In this document: positions 8,033 to 16,672 of the stretch, piece after piece | Position numbering within the stretch: the first letter of the stretch is position 1 | Layout: every line of letters begins with the position of its first letter | Assembly (NCBI GenBank): GCA_044359815.1 | Contig: JBIKLL010000037.1 | Span: forward strand, 1-24,980 | Length of the DNA stretch: 24,980 nucleotides | From: Pseudobdellovibrionaceae bacterium | GTDB taxonomy: Bacteria > Bdellovibrionota > Bdellovibrionia > Bdellovibrionales > Bdellovibrionaceae | Direction: 5' to 3' | The notes under the pieces: generated by a model | What the model saw: only the letters and a program-made list of their open reading frames with translations | Database searches by the model: none | What the model was told of the DNA's origin: nothing | Made by a program: the position numbers and the translations under genes

Positions 8033-9154
8033 ATGTTTCAATTGGAAAAGTCTTTGGCCGATTGGCAAAAGCAAGGCTTTATCACAGCCGAAACCCGTCA
8101 AAAAATATTGGAATTTGAATCCAAAAAATCTGGATCTACCTGGGCTGTATCAGGAATTGTTTTATTGGGAATTTTTGTGATTTCTGTGGGTTTGGTTTCA
8201 GTGATCGCTGCAAATTGGTTTGAAATTTCAGATTGGTTTAAATTACTTTGTGGTTTTTCGTTAATGGGTCTGACAGGATGGTTTGCACTTAAAAGCTACC
8301 GATCATCACAAACTCTGTGGTTTGAAGGATCTTTGCTGGCTCACGCTTTGGTCATTTTAGCAAATATCGGATTGATTTCTCAAATTTTTCATACGGGCGG
8401 ATCACTTTTTAAAGCCTTGTTGTTTTGGTCATTAATAACCTTTTTTATAGCCTTGGCCAGCGGCAAATTGTTGTTACCGTTGATTTGGACATCGACATTT
8501 TTAATCTCTGCGGTTTGGACACTGATGGATGCTTTGGTTCAAAACGGAATTTACGAAAAATGGTTTAGCTCTGTTTATTTGGCACTGCCACTTGTCTGTT
8601 ATTTAATGGCCACCATAACCCAAAAGTTTCCAAAAATTTCTTTTTCGCTAAAGGCAGCCGTTTTACTGAGCGGGCTTTTGGGATTATGGATTTCTGAATG
8701 GTTGGTCAATGCCAGTTCGTCGTACACTCAGTACGGGGTGTATTTTGTGCCTTCTTATATATTGCTGGCCACAGTTGGCTGGTTGGTGAAAATCAAAAAT
8801 GGCTACAGCAGAATCCAAAAATATTTAATTGGATTTTGCATGGGATTTTATTTGCTTGGTAATCATTCAAATTATTTTGGTATTGCTAACTCACTGATTC
8901 TGGCAGTCTGTACATTAATTGCACTAGGATCTATGGCTCTTTTGCAAAGCAGTCTTAAAAACAAAAAACTGTTTAATATATTTTTGCTGTTAGTTGGATT
9001 GCGATTTCTGTGGTTGTATTTTCAGGCTTTGGGAGGATTAGCCACTACAGGTTTTGGACTGATAACATCAGGTGTTTTAATCATCGGCTTCGCTGTTAGC
9101 TGGAATCGATTCAAAGATAAAATTCAAGTCTGGGTAGAGGATAAATTAAAATGA
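8033..9154 (+). CDS. DUF2157-family multi-pass membrane protein
   Basis: N-terminal WQKQGFIT, then VIAANW and LISQIFH motifs typical of DUF2157; many hydrophobic helices; RBS GAGG; adjacent to a GDYXXLXY gene. Confidence 0.8.
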   Translation: MFQLEKSLADWQKQGFITAETRQKILEFESKKSGSTWAVSGIVLLGIFVISVGLVSVIAANWFEISDWFKLLCGFSLMGLTGWFALKSYRSSQTLWFEGSLLAHALVILANIGLISQIFHTGGSLFKALLFWSLITFFIALASGKLLLPLIWTSTFLISAVWTLMDALVQNGIYEKWFSSVYLALPLVCYLMATITQKFPKISFSLKAAVLLSGLLGLWISEWLVNASSSYTQYGVYFVPSYILLATVGWLVKIKNGYSRIQKYLIGFCMGFYLLGNHSNYFGIANSLILAVCTLIALGSMALLQSSLKNKKLFNIFLLLVGLRFLWLYFQALGGLATTGFGLITSGVLIIGFAVSWNRFKDKIQVWVEDKLK

Positions 9155-9645
9155 ATATTACAAAGCAATTTCTCATTTTCGCCTTGGGTTTTCCTATGGT
9201 TATGTTGTCCTTACTGACCGGTTACAGAGCTTATAATCAGAATGTAGGCAGAGAAATCCTATTGGATATCACTGGATATGACCCCAGAGATCTGTTGTCT
9301 GGTCATTATTTAACCTTTCGTGTGAATTACCCAGTTGACGGTGTTTGCAAAAATGAATTGGGGCAACCCTTGGCTAGCGAAATCGACAACACCTATGTGT
9401 GTTTGAAGCCAAAACAAAGTTTTTCGACTGCTGAAATTTCTGATTGCGATTTATACATAAAAGGCAGCTGCAAATACGGTCAGTTTATTGCGGGCATTGA
9501 AAGATTTTACGTGCCGGAAGATAAGGCTTCCAATCTGGAAGTCTTAATTCGTGACAAAAAAGCCAGCATTTCTGTCAACGTCACATCCGATGGCAAAGCC
9601 TCTATCAAAGATTTATTGATCGATGGAGCTTCATGGAAAAACTAA
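9151..9645 (+). CDS. GDYXXLXY-domain membrane-anchored protein
   Basis: N-terminal TM helix; YDPRDLLSGHYLTFRV (motif variant) and GIERFYVPE; ATGA overlap with the DUF2157 gene. Confidence 0.85.
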   Translation: MNITKQFLIFALGFPMVMLSLLTGYRAYNQNVGREILLDITGYDPRDLLSGHYLTFRVNYPVDGVCKNELGQPLASEIDNTYVCLKPKQSFSTAEISDCDLYIKGSCKYGQFIAGIERFYVPEDKASNLEVLIRDKKASISVNVTSDGKASIKDLLIDGASWKN

Positions 9646-9668
9646 TCCAGAAAGGTAATAGCCAAAAC

Positions 9669-10406
9669 ATGAGAATCTTTTTACTTACATTCTGTTTAAT
9701 TTTTTTAAATGGCTGTGTGGCTTTAGAGGTTCGAACGACTAATCCCAGACCCATGGTTTCCAGAAAGCAGATAAATCAATTTTCCATAGGATTGACTGGT
9801 GGGCAAACACATTCCCCTGTATCAATTGACGTTAACACCGGCACAGATCAAATCACCGAATACAAGTCCGAATACAATTATTTGTCAGCGGATTTTACGG
9901 CTTCAAATTTTAAAGTATTTCAGATTAAGCCGCCTGAGCCCTTAGAATTTTATTCTTCGATTTCATTTAACAGCTTTTATTGGGGGCTTAATTATCATTT
10001 CACCAAAAATAAGGAATTTAATTTTTATGCAGGCCTAAGCTCTGCAAAAAAAGCCTTGGTTGGCGCTTCGTGGACCGCCATGGATTACGATAAATTTAAA
10101 AATATTTTTTTAGTTCAGTTAGACTATGGGGAAGACAACTTTTATTGGCGAGGTTCTGCCCAGTTGGATTTAAGCAATACTTCCTATGGCTTTGACATTA
10201 AACAAACAACTACAACCGTACATTTTGCTGTTCAATCTATGTATAAAACTGCCAGCAACAACACTTTATTTGTAGCTTTTGATTACGCACCCATATTTAT
10301 TTTGGACAGTCGGTATTCTGATGCTGCGGGCACACTGGTTTCCTACAAAGGCAGGTCCAATCAGGGATACGTTTCCAGTGTAACCATCGGCGCAGGCTTT
10401 CAATAA
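9669..10406 (+). CDS. Predicted lipoprotein with outer-membrane beta-barrel-like sequence
   Basis: A start at ATG 9669 gives MRIFLLTFCLIFLNGC (lipobox). Alternating aromatic beta-strand patterns (FYWGLNYHF, LFVAFDY) and the C-terminus VTIGAGFQ. Confidence 0.65.
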   Translation: MRIFLLTFCLIFLNGCVALEVRTTNPRPMVSRKQINQFSIGLTGGQTHSPVSIDVNTGTDQITEYKSEYNYLSADFTASNFKVFQIKPPEPLEFYSSISFNSFYWGLNYHFTKNKEFNFYAGLSSAKKALVGASWTAMDYDKFKNIFLVQLDYGEDNFYWRGSAQLDLSNTSYGFDIKQTTTTVHFAVQSMYKTASNNTLFVAFDYAPIFILDSRYSDAAGTLVSYKGRSNQGYVSSVTIGAGFQ

Positions 10407-10427
10407 ACAGGCTTTATTTATTTGTAA

Positions 10428-10609
10428 CTGGTCCCTTTTTTTAGTGAATTTAAAAATCTAAATTTATGATTTTATATTAAAAGACCACAGCTCTTTATTT
10501 CGTATCTCTAGTCAGATTGCTCGGGACAAGCCCCCGCCTCCGCAGAGGGTCTTTTAATATAAAATCATAAATTTAGATTTTTAAATTCACTGAAAAAAAA
10601 GGGGACTAG
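10428..10609. repeat. Long inverted repeat (44-bp perfect arms, about 60 bp imperfect) with a 61-nt spacer; MITE-like or hairpin element
   Basis: 10443-10486 AGTGAATTTAAAAATCTAAATTTATGATTTTATATTAAAAGACC is the exact reverse complement of 10548-10591. The match extends outward as CTGGTCCC-T7 / G-A8-GGGGACTAG. Confidence 0.95.
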
Positions 10610-10616
10610 CTTGATA

Positions 10617-11633
10617 CTACCTGTCGATTTCAAATCTAAAGACTTCAGTGCCGTCGACAGATTTGTAGTACACCAAAGCTTTTTTGGGATTGTTGTTATG
10701 ATTAAAAATCACAAACAAGGAACCATAGGGATTAAATCCGCCTTTGCTCAAACCATCTGTTCGGGCATAGCCTTCCTCGGTAATCAGATCAATCATGTGT
10801 GCGCAGTTTTTCTCGGTGGGCGAATGGCATCTTTCTTTTGATCTGATGTCTTTACCCCCTAGTGACGAATCCATAAAAAGACCCACGCCTTTTTCAATAA
10901 ATCGTTTTTCGGGATCAGTAAAACGATCATGACATTTCACGGTGTTGCTTCTGCTAAATGACGAAACAATTGGACATGAAGCCATGACCGAATGAGTGTG
11001 AGCTTGTACCCCAATGGCTCCGTGGTTTTTAATGATATCAAAAAATTTCTTCGTCGCTTGATCGCCTTTAATCCCAGGATTCATACTGGCTAATGTGTAG
11101 TGGTATCCGACCAATTTCCAATTATCTGCTGGGGCTGATTTTAATTTTGAGTCCAATCTGGTTTCTAAATAATTTGTGTTTAACACCTGACCAATGCCGC
11201 TAGCAAAAATCGAAATATTTCCAACAGTGCAGATTTCGTCGATCAGGGTGATATCTTGGCCTTCAGCAACTACAGGAGTTCCGGTGCATTTGTATTTCAA
11301 TCTGCGATTGTTTACGCGAAACGACTGAAATTCCTTAAGATACCGATTTTGGTAAAATCCTCTGTCGTGATTTCCCAGTGATCCAATCACCAGGAATCTG
11401 GTTAAATCCAGCTGCTTTCTGACAGCTGCTGACCATTTTTCAGGTTCTGCACCATAACCAAAATCCCCGTTAATCATGACTACTTTGGGGCGTTCGTTAC
11501 GAACAAGCTCCAGAACTGATTCAAATCCTTTACCAGCTCCAGTGTCACCCAGTAGAGCTATTTTGATTTCGGACACCGGTGTTCCGGCAAATGATACGTT
11601 TATTGATAATAATAATTGAATTAAGAAAGTCAT
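10617..11633 (-). CDS. Secreted calcineurin-like metallophosphoesterase
   Basis: Metal motifs LLGDTG, NGDFGY, GNHD, YHY and AHTH. The ATG at 11633 gives the signal peptide MTFLIQLLLSINVSFA|G with GAGAGG upstream. Confidence 0.85.
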   Translation of the reverse strand: MTFLIQLLLSINVSFAGTPVSEIKIALLGDTGAGKGFESVLELVRNERPKVVMINGDFGYGAEPEKWSAAVRKQLDLTRFLVIGSLGNHDRGFYQNRYLKEFQSFRVNNRRLKYKCTGTPVVAEGQDITLIDEICTVGNISIFASGIGQVLNTNYLETRLDSKLKSAPADNWKLVGYHYTLASMNPGIKGDQATKKFFDIIKNHGAIGVQAHTHSVMASCPIVSSFSRSNTVKCHDRFTDPEKRFIEKGVGLFMDSSLGGKDIRSKERCHSPTEKNCAHMIDLITEEGYARTDGLSKGGFNPYGSLFVIFNHNNNPKKALVYYKSVDGTEVFRFEIDR

Positions 11634-11657
11634 CCTTGCCTCTCTTTGTTTTTTAAT

Positions 11658-11687
11658 ATTGTAAACAGAGTCTACAAATTGATTCAA
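11658..11687 (-). promoter_or_regulatory. Sigma70-like promoter for the metallophosphoesterase
   Basis: Minus strand TTGAAT (11687-11682), 18 nt, TACAAT (11663-11658), about 25 nt upstream of ATG 11633. Confidence 0.55.
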
Positions 11688-11713
11688 CTGATTCGTTTAA
11701 AACTGGCCAAACC

Positions 11714-12466
11714 CTAACATTTTCCTGATAAAACAAAGGCTTCCGTAAGCTTTAAACTAAGCTCTTTTGGGTTATCAAAAATTATCCGGTGACCACTGCT
11801 TTGAATGACATGGCTTGATACGTGTTTTGAAGCCTGAAATCCCTGATTTTGCTCTAAATACTTTTTATCAGACTGGCCTGCAAACAGATCTATTTTTAAA
11901 TCCCAATTTTTGATTTCATCAAAAAAATTCCTTTGCTGAAGTACTGAAAACTGTGTCAGCAATACACTCATTAATTCGCGGTCGACTGTTTCAGGGTTGC
12001 GATAGGGTTCACTGACTGTTCCCGCAAAGACCGGCTGATTGTTCCAATCTTGAATCACCTCAGTCAAATCATCATTTAAAAATCGCTTGGCCCAAGCTTG
12101 GTCAGATTGGGCGCGATTTAATTTCTGTGATTCATCAGAAACCTGATTTAAATTCACAGATATCAATGACAACCCAGTAAGCCTTGACTTGAAGCGGACA
12201 GCATATTCCAGCGCAAATCTTCCTCCCAGTGAATAGCCTACTAAATGAAACTTTTGTTTAGGAGCAAACCGTTGTTCAAAAGCCTGAGCCCAACTGGCAA
12301 AATCTGGGCAACCATTTTTGACTAATGATAAATAATCAGGTTTGTAAACTGCAGAGCCTAAAAAATCAAAATCACTGGGTTCACCTAAAAAACCGTGCAG
12401 TGCCACTATCTTAGTTTGATTTGCTTGCATTGTTTGATCTTGATAGGTGTTTTTTTGGCTTGGCAC
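11714..12466 (-). CDS. menH: SHCHC synthase (alpha/beta hydrolase fold)
   Basis: ALHGFLG, GYSLGGR, R..SD..WA.RF, WNNQPVF and SGH motifs; directly downstream of menD. GTG 12466 overlaps the menD stop and has an AAGGGG RBS (alternative start ATG 12430). Confidence 0.88.
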   Translation of the reverse strand: MPSQKNTYQDQTMQANQTKIVALHGFLGEPSDFDFLGSAVYKPDYLSLVKNGCPDFASWAQAFEQRFAPKQKFHLVGYSLGGRFALEYAVRFKSRLTGLSLISVNLNQVSDESQKLNRAQSDQAWAKRFLNDDLTEVIQDWNNQPVFAGTVSEPYRNPETVDRELMSVLLTQFSVLQQRNFFDEIKNWDLKIDLFAGQSDKKYLEQNQGFQASKHVSSHVIQSSGHRIIFDNPKELSLKLTEAFVLSGKC

Positions 12467-14016
12467 TAAGTCCCCTTCCAAAGATTCCAAAATTCCTCAG
12501 ATTGTTTGGCATCAGGAACTAGCTCTATAATTGTTTTGTTTGCGGCCTTCCAATCGTTAGGAATCTGCTTCCACTGTTGATAGGTCCATCCAAACATGGC
12601 TGCCCAGTTTTTAAAACTCAAACTGTGCTGATTTAAAAATTCTGGGTCTTTGATGATTCTGTTAAAAATTTGCCCCCCAGAATTGTTGATCACCATGATC
12701 TGAGCACAGCCGCCCTGTACAAATGGCTCTAAAGACAATGCACTTAAATCATAAAGCGCAGTTAAATCACCAACCATTGCAATTGAAGGATTCGCATTGT
12801 CGGACCAACCCAAAAAAGTCGATATCTGTCCATCAATCCCATTGGCACCGCGGTTTCCATAGCATCTATTAAACTGATGGTTCCAAAAAACCAAATCTGC
12901 TTGTCGGATGGGTAAACTGTTTCCCAAATACAAATCGTGATTCAAAAAACAACTTTGTGATTTATAAATCAATCCGCACTCTGACTGCGGTAGCTGTTCC
13001 AATAAAGCCATCAGTTTATTCTGAGATTTATGATTTTCAGTGATTATGCCATCCAGATGATTATTTTTTAATTCAGAAATTGTAATCAGATTTTCAATGC
13101 CCAATGCAAAATCGCTGGGTCTGCCTAATCCACTGAGAGGTAAATCATAAAAGCTGCACACAGGAATATTTCGAAACTTGGCTTCCAGATCCCTCCACAA
13201 CCTTACCGTGGGAACGCCTCCGACGCGGATCAAGCTTTGAATCATCCCCTTTGCCACGCCGGCATTCAGAGTTTCTTCATTGATTTGATTTTTTAATTGT
13301 CCCCTGAGCTGACTTAAGACCTCTGGATAAACTGGAACCTGCATTTGATTAATTAAACTCAATACAATCTGCGATTGCTGATTGTCCATGGGACCCAAAA
13401 TCAACGCTGGGTTGACGTATTGATTGAAATTTATTTTTTGTGCAATTGGTTCTGAGCCCCTAAGTGTATTTTGAGGGGTATTTTTTAAATCACTTGATTT
13501 CAAAAACCGATTCTTAAGTTCTGTGGTGATTTCTGCATCAATCAATGGTTCATCAAAACAAACATTTATATGTATCGGGCCATTCCACGAAACATGAGAT
13601 AAGTTTAAAAGCTCCCCCTGTAAATCAAACTGATTTTTAACGTAGGAACCAAAAATACCCTTTTGTTCTATGGACTGCGGGGCCCCAGTGCCCCGAAAAT
13701 GTTTGGGTCGGTCAGCGCTTAACACGATCAGTGGCAGACCTTGGTAAAATGATTCAATCACACTGGGAAGCAGTTCTGCCACAGCTGTGCCCGACGTTGT
13801 GACGACAGCAACTGGTTTCCCCGTCATGCGGGTTCTGCCCATGGCAAAAAATCCTGCGCTTCTTTCCTCGTAGAAATAACTGACTTTAATATTATCAAAA
13901 GCTTTTAACGCTTTAAAAATTGCCGAATTGCGAACCCCAGCACAAAAAACAAATTCTGAAACTTGATGGTTTTTCAGTTCAGAAACTATTTGCACCGCTG
14001 ATTCAATATTTTTCAT
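12466..14016 (-). CDS. menD: SEPHCHC synthase (ThDP-dependent)
   Basis: EERSAGFFAMG, TTSGTAV, LSADRP, GNSLPIR, NRGANGIDG, GDLTALYD and NNSGGQIF motifs. Start at 14016 gives an ATGA overlap with menF. Confidence 0.95.
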   Translation of the reverse strand: MKNIESAVQIVSELKNHQVSEFVFCAGVRNSAIFKALKAFDNIKVSYFYEERSAGFFAMGRTRMTGKPVAVVTTSGTAVAELLPSVIESFYQGLPLIVLSADRPKHFRGTGAPQSIEQKGIFGSYVKNQFDLQGELLNLSHVSWNGPIHINVCFDEPLIDAEITTELKNRFLKSSDLKNTPQNTLRGSEPIAQKINFNQYVNPALILGPMDNQQSQIVLSLINQMQVPVYPEVLSQLRGQLKNQINEETLNAGVAKGMIQSLIRVGGVPTVRLWRDLEAKFRNIPVCSFYDLPLSGLGRPSDFALGIENLITISELKNNHLDGIITENHKSQNKLMALLEQLPQSECGLIYKSQSCFLNHDLYLGNSLPIRQADLVFWNHQFNRCYGNRGANGIDGQISTFLGWSDNANPSIAMVGDLTALYDLSALSLEPFVQGGCAQIMVINNSGGQIFNRIIKDPEFLNQHSLSFKNWAAMFGWTYQQWKQIPNDWKAANKTIIELVPDAKQSEEFWNLWKGT

Positions 14017-15065
14017 TCTTTGGAAATTCCAAAAATTTTCATCGTGGTTTCCATTTTCACACCCAGCTCGCGCCATTCGCGATCCAGCTCGCTGTTGGCA
14101 ACAATTCCACAGCCAGCACTGACCCAACTTTGCTTTTGATCCCACTGCAAATTTCTGATGGCAACGATGGTTAAAAACTCATTTTTATCCAGCTGAAAGC
14201 CAATAGGGGCCCCAAACCAACGACGGTTTTTCTGAAATGGCAGCTCTACCATCCAGCGGCTACCATAATTTCTGGGTGCGACACCCAGGGCTGGTGTTGG
14301 ATGCAGAAGCTTTATCACTTCAACAGGATCAAGCTGTTTCGTATCGACCTCAAGCCAAGTGCACAGATGCAGCATCGACGGAAAATCCAGAACTTCAGTT
14401 CCACTGCGCTTAACCCATCCCCATCTTTCCAGAACTTTGGCAATGTCGACAACAACCAGTTCGTGCTCTTTGAGTTCTTTGTCATCTTTCAATAGTGGTT
14501 TTCGAGTGCTGAGTTCAGATTTAGGACAGGTTCCCGCTAAGGCCATGGATCTGATTTTACGATCAGTCATCTGAAACAAAATTTCAGGCGTGGCTCCGAT
14601 AATCCCCTGCCCGTCTTTCCAGTATCCGTATACCCACAGTTTTGAAAACGCGTCCAGACCATGAATGATCATCGTGGCCAAATCAGATTCAGACACAGTT
14701 TTTTGAACTGTCGCTGAAATAATCGGAACAGCCTTTTCGATTTCACCTCGCTGGATTTTTCCTTGAATCAGCTGAAAGGCATCTTGAAATTCCTGTTGAT
14801 CGGGATTCTGAAAATCTGATTTTTGAAATCCCAATTTTGTATCGCCAATGGATTCAATCAATGCTGATTTAAGCTTGGAAACACTGATCACCTGATGATT
14901 GGCTGACTTAAACCCCGAAGGAGCTTTTGAAAAAAAATCCTGAATCAACAAATCCTTATCTTTGCTGTCCTCGGCAAAGGGACCGCTGTACAAATGAACC
15001 TGGGCATCAGCAGTTCGAATAAAGGCACCTTCTTTTAAAAACTGCGTAATTTCATTGCGCGTCAT
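14013..15065 (-). CDS. menF: Isochorismate synthase (chorismate-binding MST family)
   Basis: GATPEIL, ALAGT, KELKEHELVV, LHPTPALG, VAIRN and AGCGIVANS motifs; upstream of menD. ATG 15065 has a GAGG RBS. Confidence 0.9.
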   Translation of the reverse strand: MTRNEITQFLKEGAFIRTADAQVHLYSGPFAEDSKDKDLLIQDFFSKAPSGFKSANHQVISVSKLKSALIESIGDTKLGFQKSDFQNPDQQEFQDAFQLIQGKIQRGEIEKAVPIISATVQKTVSESDLATMIIHGLDAFSKLWVYGYWKDGQGIIGATPEILFQMTDRKIRSMALAGTCPKSELSTRKPLLKDDKELKEHELVVVDIAKVLERWGWVKRSGTEVLDFPSMLHLCTWLEVDTKQLDPVEVIKLLHPTPALGVAPRNYGSRWMVELPFQKNRRWFGAPIGFQLDKNEFLTIVAIRNLQWDQKQSWVSAGCGIVANSELDREWRELGVKMETTMKIFGISKE

Positions 15066-15088
15066 TTGGCTTTTCCTCATTGTTTTGG

Positions 15089-15097
15089 TGATATAGT
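15089..15097 (+). promoter_or_regulatory. Extended -10 element upstream of aroF
   Basis: TG-A-TATAGT in the short divergent menF/aroF gap; no convincing -35. Confidence 0.4.
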
Positions 15098-15125
15098 AAT
15101 GGCTTCAGTTTATACCCAAAAAAAG

Positions 15126-15968
15126 ATGGAAATGAGAACCACAAACGCAGATCTGAAAACCCAATCCTTGTCCCAGAAACAATCTTCTGTTGTTCATGTG
15201 GGACCCGTTCCTATTGGAGGACCAGATTTTGTCGTCATGGCGGGCCCCTGTTCGATTGAGGGCGCTGATCAGCTGAATTCCATCACTCGATTTGTAAAAA
15301 CCATGGGAGCTTCGGTATTGCGCGGTGGTATCTGGAAAATGCGCACCAGCGTTCAGTCCTTTCAGGGACTAGGCGCAGAGGCCTTTGGGTTTATTAAACA
15401 AATCACTAAGAGCTTTGATATTGGCTTGGTTTCAGAAGTCACAGATCCCAGACAGATTGAAATGATGGATGATTTAGTTTCGATGTACCAAGTGGGTTCC
15501 AGAAACATGCATAACTATCCGTTGCTCAAGGAGCTGGGTAAAACTAAAAAACCTGTTTTGCTAAAACGGGGATTTTCGGCCTTTGTTGATGAATGGCTTA
15601 AATCCGCAGAATACCTGGTTGCCGGTGGCAATGACCAAGTTGTTTTGTGTGAAAGAGGTATCAGAACTTTTGAAACCGTAACCAGAAATACTTTGGATTT
15701 GAATGCTGTGACTTACATCAAAGAAAACACAGATTTTCCAGTCATCGTTGATCCCTCACACGCTGTGGGAATCAGGAAGCTAGTTCCCAAATTGGCTTTA
15801 GCAGCTGCCGCAGCAGGTGCTGACGGAATCATCGTCGAAGTCCACCCAGATCCTGCAAAGGCCTTGTCAGACGGGATGCAAGCATTGACCTTTGATGATT
15901 TTTCCAATCTTATGTCCACAATGGAACGCATGCTTAAAGCTTTGGACAAAAATATTTATAAATTATGA
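15126..15968 (+). CDS. aroF: DAHP synthase, type I-beta, without a regulatory domain
   Basis: MAGPCSIE, LRGG.WK.RTS..SFQGLG, QVGSRNM, PVLLKRG, LCERGIRTFE, DPSH, EVHPDP and SDG motifs. Start is uncertain (15126 or 15132). Confidence 0.9.
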   Translation: MEMRTTNADLKTQSLSQKQSSVVHVGPVPIGGPDFVVMAGPCSIEGADQLNSITRFVKTMGASVLRGGIWKMRTSVQSFQGLGAEAFGFIKQITKSFDIGLVSEVTDPRQIEMMDDLVSMYQVGSRNMHNYPLLKELGKTKKPVLLKRGFSAFVDEWLKSAEYLVAGGNDQVVLCERGIRTFETVTRNTLDLNAVTYIKENTDFPVIVDPSHAVGIRKLVPKLALAAAAAGADGIIVEVHPDPAKALSDGMQALTFDDFSNLMSTMERMLKALDKNIYKL

Positions 15969-16669
15969 TTACAAATCAAGACCCAATAAAAATTAAATCA
16001 ATGTTTTCAAAAGTCGCTCCTGGTTACGACAGAGCCAATAATGTTTTGTCATTAGGGATTCACCACCTGTGGCGCAAACGACTGGTCAAATTATCTGGAG
16101 CCAAACCTGGGCAGTCAGTGTTGGATTGCGCGACCGGTACAGGTGATTTGGCCATCGAATTTAAAAAAGCTGTGACTGAATCAGGCAGGGTTGTGGCCAC
16201 CGATTTTTGCGCCGACATGTTGACCAGTTCACCCATGAAAGCCAAGAAGCAAAACTTGTCCATTAATTTTGAAGTCGCTGATGTCACTCAATTACCCTAT
16301 GAATCCGAATCCTTTGATATCGTCAGCATCAGTTTCGGAATCAGAAACGTCAGTGATTGCCAAAAAGCAATTTCAGAAATGCATCGGGTGTGTAAACCCG
16401 GCGGAAAAGTAATGATTCTGGAATTTGGTCAAATGATAACGCCAGTGATCGGATCGATGTACGATTTTTATTCTAAAAATGTTTTGCCAGTTATTGGCGG
16501 GATGATCACAGGCCAAACCGAAGCTTATAAATATTTACAGAATTCATCATCACAGTTTCCCAGTCGAAATGCATTTTTAAAAATCATGGGTCAGTCAGCC
16601 GAATTTCGCTTTACCAGCTGGGAAAGCCTCAGTTTAGGAATCGCTTATATTTATCAAGGCATTAAATAA
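15965..16669 (+). CDS. menG: Demethylmenaquinone methyltransferase (UbiE/MenG)
   Basis: MFSKVAPGYDRANNVLSLGIH..W, LDCATGTGD, SFGIRNV, RVCKPGG and AYKYL motifs; ATGA overlap with aroF. Confidence 0.93.
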   Translation: MITNQDPIKIKSMFSKVAPGYDRANNVLSLGIHHLWRKRLVKLSGAKPGQSVLDCATGTGDLAIEFKKAVTESGRVVATDFCADMLTSSPMKAKKQNLSINFEVADVTQLPYESESFDIVSISFGIRNVSDCQKAISEMHRVCKPGGKVMILEFGQMITPVIGSMYDFYSKNVLPVIGGMITGQTEAYKYLQNSSSQFPSRNAFLKIMGQSAEFRFTSWESLSLGIAYIYQGIK

Positions 16670-16672
16670 CCA

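Noticed and set aside
10428..10609. Inverted repeat as a CRISPR array, retron ncRNA or simple terminator
   Set aside because: There are only two inverted copies, no cas or reverse transcriptase gene in the window, and the T-tracts lie on the wrong side of the stem.
14017..14145. Cys/Trp-rich N-terminal extension of MenD
   Set aside because: Out-of-frame read of the menF 3' end; the true start is the ATGA overlap at 14016.
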